Counted from the stretch's first letter, positions 12,631-25,348 are shown. The stretch is DNA of 64,000 nucleotides from Eledone cirrhosa (GCA_964016885.1 OZ024743.1:201686001-201750000), one strand, 5' to 3'. Notes: generated by a model from the letters alone, not told the origin. Program-made: numbers and translations.

Positions 12631-12812
12631 TAATAGTTATCACTACCGCCGCTATTCTCTCCCACTACCTCCTGCTAAGACATGCATCGTAGTGTCCCCA
12701 CTAAAAGAGGAAGGCATCAAAAGACATAAATAGACTGATTTGATGACCCGGTCAAAAAATCAAAAACCAAAAATCAAAATCAAAACATCACAGCAACAAT
12801 GAAAAACGTAAA

Positions 12813-12877
12813 GAAAAGAAAAAGAAAAAGAAAAAGAAAAAGAAAAAGAAAAAGAAAAAGAAAAAGAAAAAGAAAAA
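12813..12877. repeat. (AAAAAG)n hexamer repeat
   Basis: Seen directly; source of the spurious KRKRK ORF. Confidence 0.95.
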
Positions 12878-12999
12878 CAAACAGACAGACAGAGAAGGAA
12901 AAAAAACAAACTAAGTCAGACATTCAAATATTACATTACAATGAAACTTATGCTTATTCTTTTTTTTTTTTTTACCTATTTGTTTGTCTGTTTATTTAT

Positions 13000-15900
13000 G
13001 TTCGTCTACAGCGTGATAGTGCCACACTAAAATCACCGGGGGTGATGACATCACCGGATGTGATGAAATCACCGGTGGTTATGTAACCATACATTTCCCA
13101 CTGACTCGTGAATGTATGTAACCATACATTCACCAATCCTCGATAAGAGTGTTTAAATGTCGAACCTAAACAGTTCGAATAACGGTGAAGTGGAGACTGG
13201 AATGTCATGTGACAGACTCTCACACAGTAGGTGCTCCCTGGCTCAGCAGCAGGGACCTGGCTGTCATCCAAATACTGCTGGTGTCGGAGGAAGAAGAAGG
13301 AAAGGGACCAGAACCAACTGGACGAAAGAATTGAATAGAACTGTTATGCAATGTTACCCCAAGGAGAAAGGCTATAGGAAACGGATGCATAACATAACAT
13401 CTGGAACGAGATTGGTCTATTTAAATTAGATGTACAAAAATTGGCCGAGCAGGCTCGGGTAATAAGAACTAATGGATGGATAAGCGAGCTGGAACTGGAG
13501 GAACTGAGCAGAGAGATTAGGTTGGAAATGGAGAGTGGAGTATGCCAGGCAAACGAGTCAGTGGGAAATGAAGGTGAAGAGGTTGAGAGAACGGAGGAAC
13601 CATCCGAAGCAGACAATGATCTGAATGCTGAAATAAATAATTGTTTCTACGTTAGGCACAAGGCCAGCAATTACACAGTGTATTACTGGTACTTTATTTT
13701 ATCGACCCCGTAAGGATGAAAGGCAAAGTTAACCTCGGCGGGATTTGAACTCAGAATGGCAAGGGCCGTAACTCTATGCACCAAAGAGTTACGGCCCTTG
13801 CCATTCTGAGTTCAAATCCCGCCGAGGTTAACTTTGCCTTTCATCCTTACGGGGTCGATAAAATAAAGTACCAGTAATACACTGGATAATTGCTGGCCTT
13901 GTGCTTAACGTAGAAACAATGCTGAAATAAATAATACCTGGGACAAAGATACGGCCATTGAGGAGATGAATGCTGACGGGCTAGGACAAGATTTGGTTGA
14001 TATCCTAAACTTAGTGTTAGATGAATTGAACAATGATAGTGGGAAACCTATGAACCTAAGATTTGTAGACAGGAAAGAGTTAAAAGAAACAACAGCTAAG
14101 GTAAACAAAGTCATCCCATACCTTGAGGCGAGGAGCCTTCACCAGTGCAACAATATCCTCAAAGCAACAGCAAATGCGGGGAGGAAATTACTTGGCATAA
14201 AAGCGAGAGGAAACAACAAACAAGAAAGATCAGAACCTTGGTGGAAGAAACGACTGAATGGTCAAATCAGGGAAATGAGAAATGACATTGGAAAGCTTGA
14301 GTCCCTACTGAATGGGACACTAAAAAACAGACACTAAAAATAGACTGGAAATAAAGTACAAAACTAGGAGGAAAAAGCTAAATATTATCATAGAGGAACT
14401 GAAGCAACGCATTGTAGCAAAGAGTGAAAAAATTAGGCGATACGAGAGCAGAGTCAGTCAGTAGAGACAGAACCGCATGTTTGACAACAACCAGAAGATG
14501 TTGTTTGGACAGCTTGAAGGGAAAGAAAGAGGCAACGATTTATCCCTGAGGCGGAACAAACTGAGACATTCTGGAGAGGAATATGGGAGCAAGATGTTAA
14601 ACATAATGACCAGGCAGTGTGGATTGAGACAGTACAAAAGGAGATTAGTGAACAGGCACACCAACAAACTGATTTGAGTATCATTGAAAAGGGGCAGGCC
14701 AGAAAACTACCATCTGAAAATCACCAGGCCCAGATGGTGTGCAGGGGTATTGGATTAAAAATATAACATCCCTCCACCCGAAACTGACAACCATGTTCAC
14801 TGACTGCTTGATGTCAGGTGAGGTACCAGAGTGGTTGACAAAAGGTACCACAGTTCTGGTAATGAAAGACCGAATCAAGCGTAATTATGTTACCAATTAT
14901 AGACCTATCACATGTCTGTCCGTATTGTGGAAACTGTTGACAAGCATTATGTCTGAGGAAATCTACCATCACCTCCACACAAACAACTTGTTACCGGACG
15001 AACAGAAAGGATGCCGAAAGAAGTCCCGTGGTACAAATGACCAGTTGCTTATTGATAAGATGTTAATGAGGAATTGCAAGAGGAGACACACTGGTCTTGC
15101 CATGGGATGGATAGACTACAAAAAGGCATTTGACATGGTGCCTCATTCTTGGATCACCAAAAGCCTAGAGATCTTCAAGGTGGCAGATAACATCAGACAG
15201 TTGTTGGGCAAAAGAATGAAGTCCTGGAAAACAGAGTTAACATCAGCTGGAGAATCCTTGGGAGGCGTGAAGATCAAGAGAGGTATCTTCCAGGGAGATA
15301 GTCTGTCCCCTCTATTGTTTGTCCTTGCCCTGATGCCCCTGACCATTATACTGCGAAAAGTGAGAGCAGGATACAAGTTGGGAAAGGGAGTGCTTACCAT
15401 CAATCACCTCTTCTTCATGGACGATCTTAAGCTCTTCGGGAAGAGTGAGAAGGAGTTGGATGTGCTTATTGACACTGTCCGTATTTTCAGCAATGATATA
15501 TGTATGCAATTTGGTATTAGTAAGTGTGGAGTCCTTGTGATGAAGAGGGGTAAATTGAGCAGAGCAACGGAATCCAGGTACAAATAGGTGAGATGATAAA
15601 GGAAATTGACACTGAAGAAGGATAAAGTATTTGGGTGTTCTGGAGGCTGTTGACAGCAAGAACAAAAAAATGAAGGAATTTATAAGATCTGAATACATTC
15701 GGAGAGTAAGGAGCGTATTAAAGTCACATCTGAACAGTAGGAATGCCATAAGTGCAGTAAATTCCCGAGCTGTGTATATTATTAGGTACAGTGCGGGAAT
15801 TCTGAGATGGAATGTTGCTGAACAAAAAGAAATGGATAGGAAGACTAGGAAGTTATTGACTAGCTACAACATGTTCCACACGAGGAGTGATGTCGATAGA

Positions 15901-16934
15901 CTCTACTTAAGGAGATCTGAAGGTGGAAGAGGCATAGATGACTGTGCTCAGATGGAGAAAAACAACCTACACAAATACGTGACTGATAGTAAGGAGCCAA
16001 TGCTCAGAATTGTACTGAAGGAGAGGACAATAGACCAGGGGATGTCTAAGGAGTAAATAACAAGGAGAAAGAGCAGCCTTCATGAAAAATCCCTTCATAG
16101 TACCTTCTTTGAGAAAACTGAATTCAGAGATCCACAGACATGGAACTGGTTGAAAAGAGGAGACCTTAAAAAGGCTACAGAAGGAATTTTAATGGCTGCG
16201 CAAGAGCAGGCTCTCAAAACGAAGTGGTTGAAACGGCATATTTACAAGGAGGAGGCTAGCCCACTGTGCAGGATCTGTGGAGAGAGAGAGGAGACTGGCT
16301 CACATTGTATCCGAGTGTAAACACCTAGCCCAGACTCACTATAAGGGCTGGAGACATGATGTGATGGGAAGGGTGATCCACTGGTCCCTATGCAAGTAAA
16401 CAATTTACCATATTCTGAGAAGTGGTATGAGCATAAGCCAGAGTCGGTGATAGCAAACGATCAGGTGAAGGTGCTGTGGGATTTTAGGATACAGACGGAC
16501 AGGAAACTGGAACACAATAGACCTGACCTGGTGGTTTTGGACCAGGAAAAAAGATCGTGCCTGATTGTGGATATGACCTGCTTATTCGACACGAGAGTGC
16601 AAGAGAAGGAGAGGGAGAAAATTAACCGATACCAGGACTTAAAGTGGGAGGTAAAAAGGATTTGGAACTGCCATGAAGTCAAAGTGGTCCCGATTGTCAT
16701 AGGCGAAGTAGGTACTATCTCAAAAGTTTCCAGGAATGGTTAAATAAAATTGGCCCCGCCACGCTTTTTGGAACGCTTCAAAAGGCATGCTTGCTGGGAA
16801 CAGCAAGAACCCTTCGATACGTCCTGAATATCTGAGACTGCAGGTAGTGGCTTGATATTCATTTCAACCAACTTTCCAGTTAACTAACATCAATGACTGA
16901 GACTCAAAGAACAATAATAATAGTAATAATAATA
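13000..16934 (+). mobile_element. Near-full-length R4/Dong-like non-LTR retrotransposon (RT + restriction-like endonuclease), decayed
   Basis: Broken ORF ~13202-16835: WTKELN..GYRKRM, SPGPDGVQGYWIK, NYRPITCL, WIDYKKAFD, GIFQGDSLSP, FMDD, CRICGEREETGSH, RHD, NRPDLVVLD..IVD; (AAT)n tail at 16913-16934. The 5' boundary is approximate. Confidence 0.9.
13642..13917. mobile_element. Palindromic head-to-head SINE pair inserted in the R4-like LINE, with an 18-bp TSD
   Basis: Two ~130-bp arms are reverse complements; AATGCTGAAATAAATAAT occurs at 13624-13641 and 13918-13935. Confidence 0.9.
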
Positions 16935-17856
16935 AGTTTGAAGACTAAAATGCAAAGAGGGCTCGATAAGGATAAATATATATCAAATATATAAGAACCG
17001 TAGGGCAAATATTTATTAAAAGTAGGAATCGGGTTGATTGCCCCCTATCCGGGAAATGCCTCTCTAGTAACATTGTCTACAAATGTAAGGTTGAAACACC
17101 CACGTCACGTAGGGCCTACATTGGGTTAACCGCCAATAGATTCAAGCAGCGTCTTTACATGCATACCCATTCTTTTCGTTACCCTCTAAGAAGGAATATG
17201 ACGTCACTTTCAGCTTATATCTGTAGTCTAAAAGACAACCACACCCAATATAAGTTACACTGGGAGATCCTAGCTGGGGCTAGATCGTATAACGGAAATA
17301 AAAGACCATGTGACCTCTGCGCCGCTGAGGCCCTGGAAATATTCTACGCCACAGACATCATCATAAACAAACAATCTGAGGCAATTTCGGCTTGTAAACA
17401 TAAATTGCACAAAACTTTCCTGTATTACAGCCCACATTATACCCTAACGGAGAGTACGATCTATACGTGGATGTTTTACGTCTTGATGTGGTAGCTAAGT
17501 ATATGTTATGTTTATACCTTTACTTATTTGCATAGGTAAGTATATATTACCTGTATGTTTTGTGAAAGTACGTATACTTTCTCGTACGTATATTCGATTG
17601 TATATGTTATGGCGTATATTTTTATATATTCTGGTACATATGGTTTGGTTATGTGTATACGGGAGTTTTGCGTCTGTGTGAGTATGCAGGTTCGTACGTA
17701 TGTAGGGTGTGTGTATATGTGTACTTCATGTTTTGGTTGACATACGTATCCGAACATTTGTGTATTTACATGTAGGTATGTGTGTGCGCTTGTTATATAC
17801 GTATTTATTTATTTATATACGTTTATTTATTTATTTATTTATTTTTTTATTTGTAT

Positions 17857-17895
<39 letters not shown>

Positions 17896-18069
17896 TTTAT
17901 ATGTGCGTGGTTTTGTATAACTATGGCAAGTGTTTTCGCGTATGCTTGTGTATGTACGTATTTGCATGCGTGTATGTATTTATTTAATTTCTATTACCTC
18001 TGTATTGTATTTTATTTACTTTATTCTTAACTCTGAAGCGGAGTTTCTTTCGGTTTCCTAGTTAGAATT

Positions 18070-18330
18070 TTAGTCTACGACTTCAGCTATACCATTTACG
18101 TGGTTTTGTCTTTGCGTGCAATTGTTCTCCACGCTCCACATATGACGTATTATCTTCGTTTTTGCTAGAGAACGTCTCTATGAACCACCTAAGAGAACAT
18201 TAGTCTACGACTTCTTTTATACCATAAACATGGTTCTGTCTTTGCGTGTAATTGTTTTTCACCGCTCTTATTAATGACGTATTATATTCGTTTTTTCCTG
18301 TTCTTTGCCAGGGAACGTTTCCACGAACCT
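18070..18330 (+). repeat. Diverged ~130-bp tandem dimer in the PLE 3' region
   Basis: TTAGTCTACGACTTC..TATACCAT..GTCTTTGCGTG..ATGACGTATTAT occurs at 18070 and 18200. Confidence 0.75.
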
Positions 18331-18410
18331 AAGTATCGTCTTCCTGTCTTCCTCCGGTTGCAATGTTTTTTGAAATATCCACTTCTGCGTTTACAGATTG
18401 ACTTTGTTAT

Positions 18411-18457
18411 TTTCAGAAGATCCCGTTAAGGGTGAAAGCAGCGAATCTTTGCTTAAA
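18411..18457 (+). ncRNA. Hammerhead-like motif, family F, core CAGAAGA; inverted copy at 18522-18572
   Basis: TTT-CAGAAGA-TCCC gttaa GGGT-GAAA-GCA..TGC-TT-AAA; the minus copy has a 5-bp stem I AGTTT/AAACT. Confidence 0.6.
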
Positions 18458-18470
18458 CTTTAATCTGTTA

Positions 18471-18501
<31 letters not shown>

Positions 18502-18599
18502 TTATTAAAATAACAGATTAAAGTTTAAGCAAAGAATCGCTGCTTTCACCCTTAACGGGATCTTCTGAAACTATATATATATATACTACTGTACGTCTG

Positions 18600-18687
<88 letters not shown>

Positions 18688-19058
18688 GCTTCAAAACAAA
18701 ACAGAAGCTTTTATAAGACAATGATATTGTTGTTGAAAAAAACAATTAATCGGAAGTTAGTGCCAAGTTCTATTTCGCAGGAAGGAAATGTGGGTTATTC
18801 TGACAAAAGGTATGACGTAATAAAGTATTTAGGCATATGTATATACACAAACAAATAGACACAGCCATGCACATACAGGCACATGCACACGCAAACTCGA
18901 AATTATACACATAATTTTATTTAATATATGTAGATTGTGTGTGTATGTGTGTGCATGTATGTGTATGTATGTGTATGTATGTGTATGTGTGTGAAAGGCA
19001 ACCTCTCTTTGTTTCTATCACGTTATAAGTGGGCGAAGAAGAAGAATATATATATAAA

Positions 19059-19152
<94 letters not shown>

Positions 19153-19179
19153 TTTATATATATATTCTTCTTCTTCGCC

Positions 19180-19658
19180 CATCTGTTTTTGTAAGTGTAT
19201 ATGTATGAATTTGGGTAGATGGGTGTCTATATAGTTTTTTTGGTATTTATTTCTAGATATAAAAATACATATATGAGCATGTAAATATGAATGTAAGATT
19301 GAGTGTGTATATATGATTGTACATACATGTGTATGTATATGTATGTATATATATGTATTATATATGTACGTGTATGTGAATGTGTGGTATATATATGTGT
19401 AGGTATATGTATATATGTGTGCGTATGTGTATGCTTGTATATAGGAATATATATATGTGTGTATGTATGTATATATGTATATGCGTGTTTGCATGTATGT
19501 GTATATGGGTTGTGTATATATTTGTATGTCTCTCTATTTATATGTTTATCTTCGTATCTATGTGATATATGTGTGTGTGTGTGCATGTATGCATATGTAT
19601 GTGTTTGTGTGTGTTTGTATGTGTGTGTGTATATATATGTATGTATTTGCGCACACTC

Positions 19659-19695
<37 letters not shown>

Positions 19696-19782
19696 AGTAT
19701 GTATGTGTGTCTGTATGTGTGTGCGTGTGTATATATGTGTATATATATATATATGTGTATGTATGTGTATGTGTGTGTATAT

Positions 19783-19826
<44 letters not shown>

Positions 19827-19965
19827 ATATAGGTGTCTATGTGTGAATATATGTCTTTATTCGTATGTGTGTATTTATATATGTTTATATTTAGGTGTAT
19901 GTATGTATGTGTATGTATGTATGTATATGTATGTGTATGTATGTATATGTGTATATGTGTGTATA

Positions 19966-20002
<37 letters not shown>

Positions 20003-20222
20003 CTTTATTATTATTGTAATATAACTTATGTGTATATGTGTATAAGTGAGGTTGTGTATGTATATATATTATGTGTATATATAAGGGTAATGAAATGTAT
20101 ATATATATGTATATATATATATGTGCATGTCTGTATTTTATGTGTGTGTGTATATATATATATATGTGTATGTGTGTATATATGTGTGTATATATGCATA
20201 TATGTGTACGTGTGTGTATGTT

Positions 20223-20253
<31 letters not shown>

Positions 20254-20383
20254 GTATATATATACATCTGGATGTTTGTATGTGTTTTCATGGTGGTATG
20301 AGTGTGGGATATATATATGTTTATGTATAAGTATATGTATGTGTATGTATATATATATGAGTCTATGTGTGTGTGTGTATATA

Positions 20384-20424
<41 letters not shown>

Positions 20425-21539
20425 ATGTGTGTATGTGTTGCGCGTGTGTGTGTCCGTATTTTTATCTTTTTATATGTGTATGTGTATGTTCGTGTAAATG
20501 TATGTGTGTGTATGACAGTATAGGTATGTGTGTATATATGTATGTGTAGATATCTCTATGTGCGCGTACATGTACGTATGTGTATGTATATCTGTATGCG
20601 TATTTACATTATATTATATGTAATATATTTTATTGTTTTTATTTTTTTATTTTTCATAATTTATAGATACATTTATATTAGGCTGTCTGTCTGACAACCT
20701 AATACTGACCCCTCCCCCCCCCCTCCCACCTAATTTCTGTATCTTGATCTTGAAATGTGTGTACCAGTGTGTTTATGTGAGTGACTTAATTTCTATTTGC
20801 TTATGATTTTATATCCACATATATAAATGTGAGTGGGGGGTGTGTGTGTGTTTGTGTGTTCGTGGTTATGTGTATATTTATATATATACGCACATGTATG
20901 TGTGATTATACTGATATGTGTGAGTATGAAAAAAATATATTTATATGCTTGACTACATAAGTATCATTGCGTTTCTTATCAGCGCATTAAGCTTACAGTG
21001 ATATTAACCTTGAAATTTTTTATTTGCATCCATCTTTTTAGTATGCACATACATATTATACACACATTATTGTAAAATGTGTGTAGGGTTTTACATGTAT
21101 ATACACACACCAAACTGCTTTTTAACCCTTTGTGTTTTCATTGGTCAATTTTGAACTGATATTTTGAATTGTTGTTATTATCAATAAATATACTTCATTA
21201 TTTCTGAAGACGGCGTATATATGTGTTAGGTATGTATATTTAATCTTGATAATTTGTATAATTTTGTATAATTTTGTACATAGATCTGTTAAATATGCAT
21301 ACCAATTATAGCACATGTATGCCCTAGAAACGATCGTTAAATAGTGAACTTTTTTTGTTTAATATAAGGAATTGTTTGTTCATTATTTGTTTAATATTTT
21401 ATCTTGACTCTGTATACCGTTTATCTTTCACCGAAATTGGATTTTCATTACATCTCTTCTTTCCATGATATCCGGAATACATTGAGTTCTTCATACGGAT
21501 TGGACACTACCGTAAACTCTTGGTAGATTTATCTACATA
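19180..21539 (+). repeat. 5' pseudo-LTR (2.36 kb, mostly TA/TG microsatellite-like)
   Basis: Near-identical to 25349-27709 (offset ~6170). Confidence 0.95.
21194..21348 (+). ncRNA. Type I hammerhead, family G, with ~115-nt stem II
   Basis: TTCATTATTT-CTGAAGA-[GGCGTATATATGTGTTA/TAGCACATGTATGCC; GGTATGTATATTTAA/TTAAATATGCATACC]-GAAA-CGATCG-TT-AAATAGTGAA; 10-bp stem I. Confidence 0.87.
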
Positions 21540-21670
21540 ATTTTGCTCCTATTTTCACGGAAATATTCGTATTTTTGTACTGTATGTGTGTATTAATTTT
21601 ATATTTATGTATATACATATATATATGTATGATTTTGTAAACCCATATACATTTAGTTGAGCTCTTTCAA

Positions 21671-24133
21671 TTGTCCATCATCCATATCACAATGGAAAAA
21701 CAATATTTAGGAACCTCCTTAAAAAACATACCAATACCTTCTAAGGACGACTTCTTACTCCTTATGATTCAGAAAACTAATAATTTTATCAGAAGGGTTA
21801 GATGGAGAGCCTACCACTTTGATAGAAAATCTAAACAAGCAGATCGGAAATATATGTATGATTTCAACACTTACAAGAATCCACCACACAACTTTTTACT
21901 TGAAGACTTCGAGAAAGACCTTTTTAATTTAATTAAACATCTCAAATTTAAAAAGTATAAATCCGTCTTTCAAAAGGACCTTGATTCTACCCTATTGGAC
22001 CTAAAAAAGTCTAAAAAAATCCATGTCCACTCGGACAAAACTGGTAACTTGTATCATATGGATATTGAACATTATAATGAGTTCATATATAAAGAACTCA
22101 GAAAAAGTTATAAAAAATCTAATAATGCGTCACTCACCAATATCAACAACAAAACACACAACATAGTAAAAAAACTAAATATTGAAGATAGAACTGAACC
22201 TTTGGCATTGAGAAGTCCACACTTCAACCTGAAAGATCACAAATCTAACTTTAACTCTAATCCTTCTATTAGACTTATATGTCCCTCCAAATCAGATATT
22301 GGAATAATTAGCAAAAAAATTTTAGATAGAGTCATCCCACAAATAAGAAAATACGTTATTTTACCACTCTGGGAAAACACCTCCCAGGTAATTAATTGGT
22401 TTAAAAATATTAGGTGTAAATCTTCTGCTTCTTTCCTACAGTTTGATATAGATAACTATTATTCTTCTATATCACCCATACTCCTGAACAAAGCATTAAT
22501 ATTTGCTAAAAATAGATCTAATTTAACTTCGGATGACATTAACATTATTACACATGCTAGACAAACACTTATTGAATTTCAGAATGAATACTGGACCAGA
22601 AACACTTATAGTAATCTTTTTGATATTACTATGGGTTCAAGCGATTCTGCCCAAATTACTGATCTTGTGGGCCTCTTTCTCCTTTTCAACATAAATGCCT
22701 CTTTTCCCCACCTCAAAGGTGGTTTATATCGTGATGACTGTCTTCTTCTTTCTAACAACCTTAGCCTTTCAGAAATCGAAAAAAACAAAAAGCATATTAG
22801 AACTTTCCTTAAGGACTATTATAATCTTAATATTACTTTTGAAAAAACAAGTAAAGTAGTAAATTTCCTAGATATAACTTTAGATTTAGCTACGGGTATA
22901 TACCAACCTTACCATAAACCTAACCAAAACTTACATTACATACACTCACAATCTAATCACCCTAAATCTATCCTTAAAAACCTTGCATATAATATATCAC
23001 TTAGAATTTCTAACCTTTCTTCTAACCAAGATGTATTTGATAAAAATGCGACCTTTTATAATGAAGCTCTAGATAGAAGTGGCCACAAAAATAGATTAGA
23101 GTATATAACTTCTACTAAAAATACTGAAAACATACAGCATAATATTACCAACAAACACCAAATGAAAGGTACACACCTAAATGCCACCCACAGTATACCC
23201 CAAAATACTAAATCTTCTAATATAAAGTATAGTAACCCTCAAAAAACTACTCATCATAAGACTATAATAAATATTAATAATAAAACTCCTAATAAAAAAG
23301 ATAAAACACCTAAATCTACAAATATAACTAAAAATAGTTGTGGTGAGATCATTAACATTATTCCTCCTAGTAAAAATCATGATACAACATATAAAAATAA
23401 TAAAAATAATAAACAACATAGAAACCGTAATAGACGAGTTACTTGGTATAATGCTCCTTTTAATTTACAAGTTAAGGATAATATTGCTAAAAAATTTTTT
23501 TATATCCTTGAGAAAAACTTCCCGCCAAACCACAAATACCATCAAATCTTAAATAGGTCTACAGTTAAATTCTCATATTCTACAACAAATAACATAAAAC
23601 AAAATATAAGTGCATATAATGCATATAAATGTAAGAAAACTATAAGTATACCACCAGTACATCAAATTAACAATAATATCTCCTCAAATACAGAATTAAC
23701 GAAAGGATGTAACTGTAGAAACAAAACAAACTGCCCATTAAAAGGGAATTGTCTTGTTAACAACATAGTCTATAAATGTAATGTTAAAACTAAAGATTCT
23801 ATTTGCTCATATATAGGAGCTACCTCTAACAATTTTAAGACAAGGTATAATACCCACAAACATAGCTTTAAAAATGCCGCACTGGCTAATACAACATCTC
23901 TAGCAGAAAAAATCAATAGTTATAAAAATAAAAATATAAAATATGATTTGACCTGGAGTGTGCTCAAAAGAGCCACCCCTTATCAAAATAATAGAAAGGA
24001 ATGTAGATTATGTTCCCAAGAACTATTTGAAATAATGAAGTCTAGGGATATCTTATTAAATAAAAGACAGGAATTAATTATATCGTGTAATCATAAACTA
24101 AAAAAAACATTTAAATATTATAAACCTAATTAA
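21671..24133 (+). CDS. Naiad-type PLE polyprotein: reverse transcriptase + GIY-YIG endonuclease (first ATG at 21692)
   Basis: N-terminal SLKNIP, DKTGN, LKDHK..RLICPSKSDIG, QFDIDNYY, ITMGS, GLYRDD, NFLDI, SNHP, WYNAPF, CNCR..CPLKGNC..IVY..YIG..FKTRY..H, CRLC..E, LNKR.E...C.H; no internal stops. Confidence 0.95.
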   Translation: MSIIHITMEKQYLGTSLKNIPIPSKDDFLLLMIQKTNNFIRRVRWRAYHFDRKSKQADRKYMYDFNTYKNPPHNFLLEDFEKDLFNLIKHLKFKKYKSVFQKDLDSTLLDLKKSKKIHVHSDKTGNLYHMDIEHYNEFIYKELRKSYKKSNNASLTNINNKTHNIVKKLNIEDRTEPLALRSPHFNLKDHKSNFNSNPSIRLICPSKSDIGIISKKILDRVIPQIRKYVILPLWENTSQVINWFKNIRCKSSASFLQFDIDNYYSSISPILLNKALIFAKNRSNLTSDDINIITHARQTLIEFQNEYWTRNTYSNLFDITMGSSDSAQITDLVGLFLLFNINASFPHLKGGLYRDDCLLLSNNLSLSEIEKNKKHIRTFLKDYYNLNITFEKTSKVVNFLDITLDLATGIYQPYHKPNQNLHYIHSQSNHPKSILKNLAYNISLRISNLSSNQDVFDKNATFYNEALDRSGHKNRLEYITSTKNTENIQHNITNKHQMKGTHLNATHSIPQNTKSSNIKYSNPQKTTHHKTIININNKTPNKKDKTPKSTNITKNSCGEIINIIPPSKNHDTTYKNNKNNKQHRNRNRRVTWYNAPFNLQVKDNIAKKFFYILEKNFPPNHKYHQILNRSTVKFSYSTTNNIKQNISAYNAYKCKKTISIPPVHQINNNISSNTELTKGCNCRNKTNCPLKGNCLVNNIVYKCNVKTKDSICSYIGATSNNFKTRYNTHKHSFKNAALANTTSLAEKINSYKNKNIKYDLTWSVLKRATPYQNNRKECRLCSQELFEIMKSRDILLNKRQELIISCNHKLKKTFKYYKPN

Positions 24134-25348
24134 TAACATTATTCTAGAATTTAATTTAATTTAAATGTTAGTTAACCTATAAATTTGATTTAAATTAATT
24201 TAATTAATATTTTATTACAGATGAGAAAATATTATGTAATCATTAATTTTGAAAAACCTTTAAATATTACTAATATATATTCAGTAATTTAATTTATAGA
24301 TTAATTTTAACTTATTTTAACCTTTTATTATAATTTTTTAATTTAGTTTAACCTTTTATTATAAAATTTTTTTTATTATAATTCTTTTACAGATAAAATA
24401 TAACAAAATAATATCATGTATCCTATGACGGAGAAAGAATTTTTAGTATTATTGACCTAATTAATATACATTTTGGAAATATATTTATTATTTGGTTTTA
24501 GCTTTAATCAACCTAAAACTTTAATTTTAATTTTAATTTGCTTAAAATTAGTATCCTTGTACAGACGAATTGCAGAATTTCATGTAATCATAGAATGGGA
24601 GGTGTTTTTGATATATACCTAGTTAATATATTCTGTGCAAATTTTTTGAAAAAGATATGTATATCTATATGTATATGTATATGTGTGTATTGTATGTGTA
24701 TCTGTATGTATATTTATGTGACTATATATGTATGTATGTGTGTATATATATGTATATATATATATATATATATGTGTATGTATATGTATATGTATGTGTA
24801 TGTGTATGTATATGTATGTGTATGCGTATTAATTTTGATTTTTATTTGCATATAATTATATTATGCTATTGATGAAATACAATATCTGCTTTATGTATTG
24901 TATACCTAATTAACATATACTAATTAACATATACTATTGAAATAAATATATAATTTTTAACTTAGTTAACATATAATTTATATGCTACTACCGATGTAAT
25001 ACTTTATTTTATTTTTATTTGGGTTTCTTTTCCCTATTATTAACTTTAATTTAGTTATAATGTAATTAATAATCTACTACTGTTTGACTTCATAATTCTG
25101 CTTCAAATATTATAAACCTAACTAATTTACACCTTGGAAATCAATATGTTGACTATCTTTGGTTTAGTTGACATATGATTAATGGTATACTTTTTTATTT
25201 TGTGATGCATAGATTTCGTATTTCCTAGCATTGAAAATATGTAAGAACATACATTGAATTAAGATATGGAAAATATTATAGGTTTCTTGAAACATATATT
25301 TACTTTGATCCCCTTCTCCAAACCCCCCCCTTTCCCCCATACTATTAT

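Larger units (their letters stand above)
17039..18478 (+). mobile_element. 5'-truncated Naiad-type PLE: GIY-YIG C-terminus plus 3' region
   Basis: CPLSGKCLSSNIVYKCKV..YIGLTANRFKQR..HTHSF..CDLC..E..INKQSEAISACKH (17039-~17440); terminal hammerhead-like motif, then (TA)n. Confidence 0.82.

Noticed and set aside
21671-24300. Selenoprotein-type Naiad (UGA-recoded cysteines plus SECIS)
   Set aside because: The ORF has no in-frame TGA, and the CxC/CP cysteines use TGT/TGC here and in the 35120 fragment.
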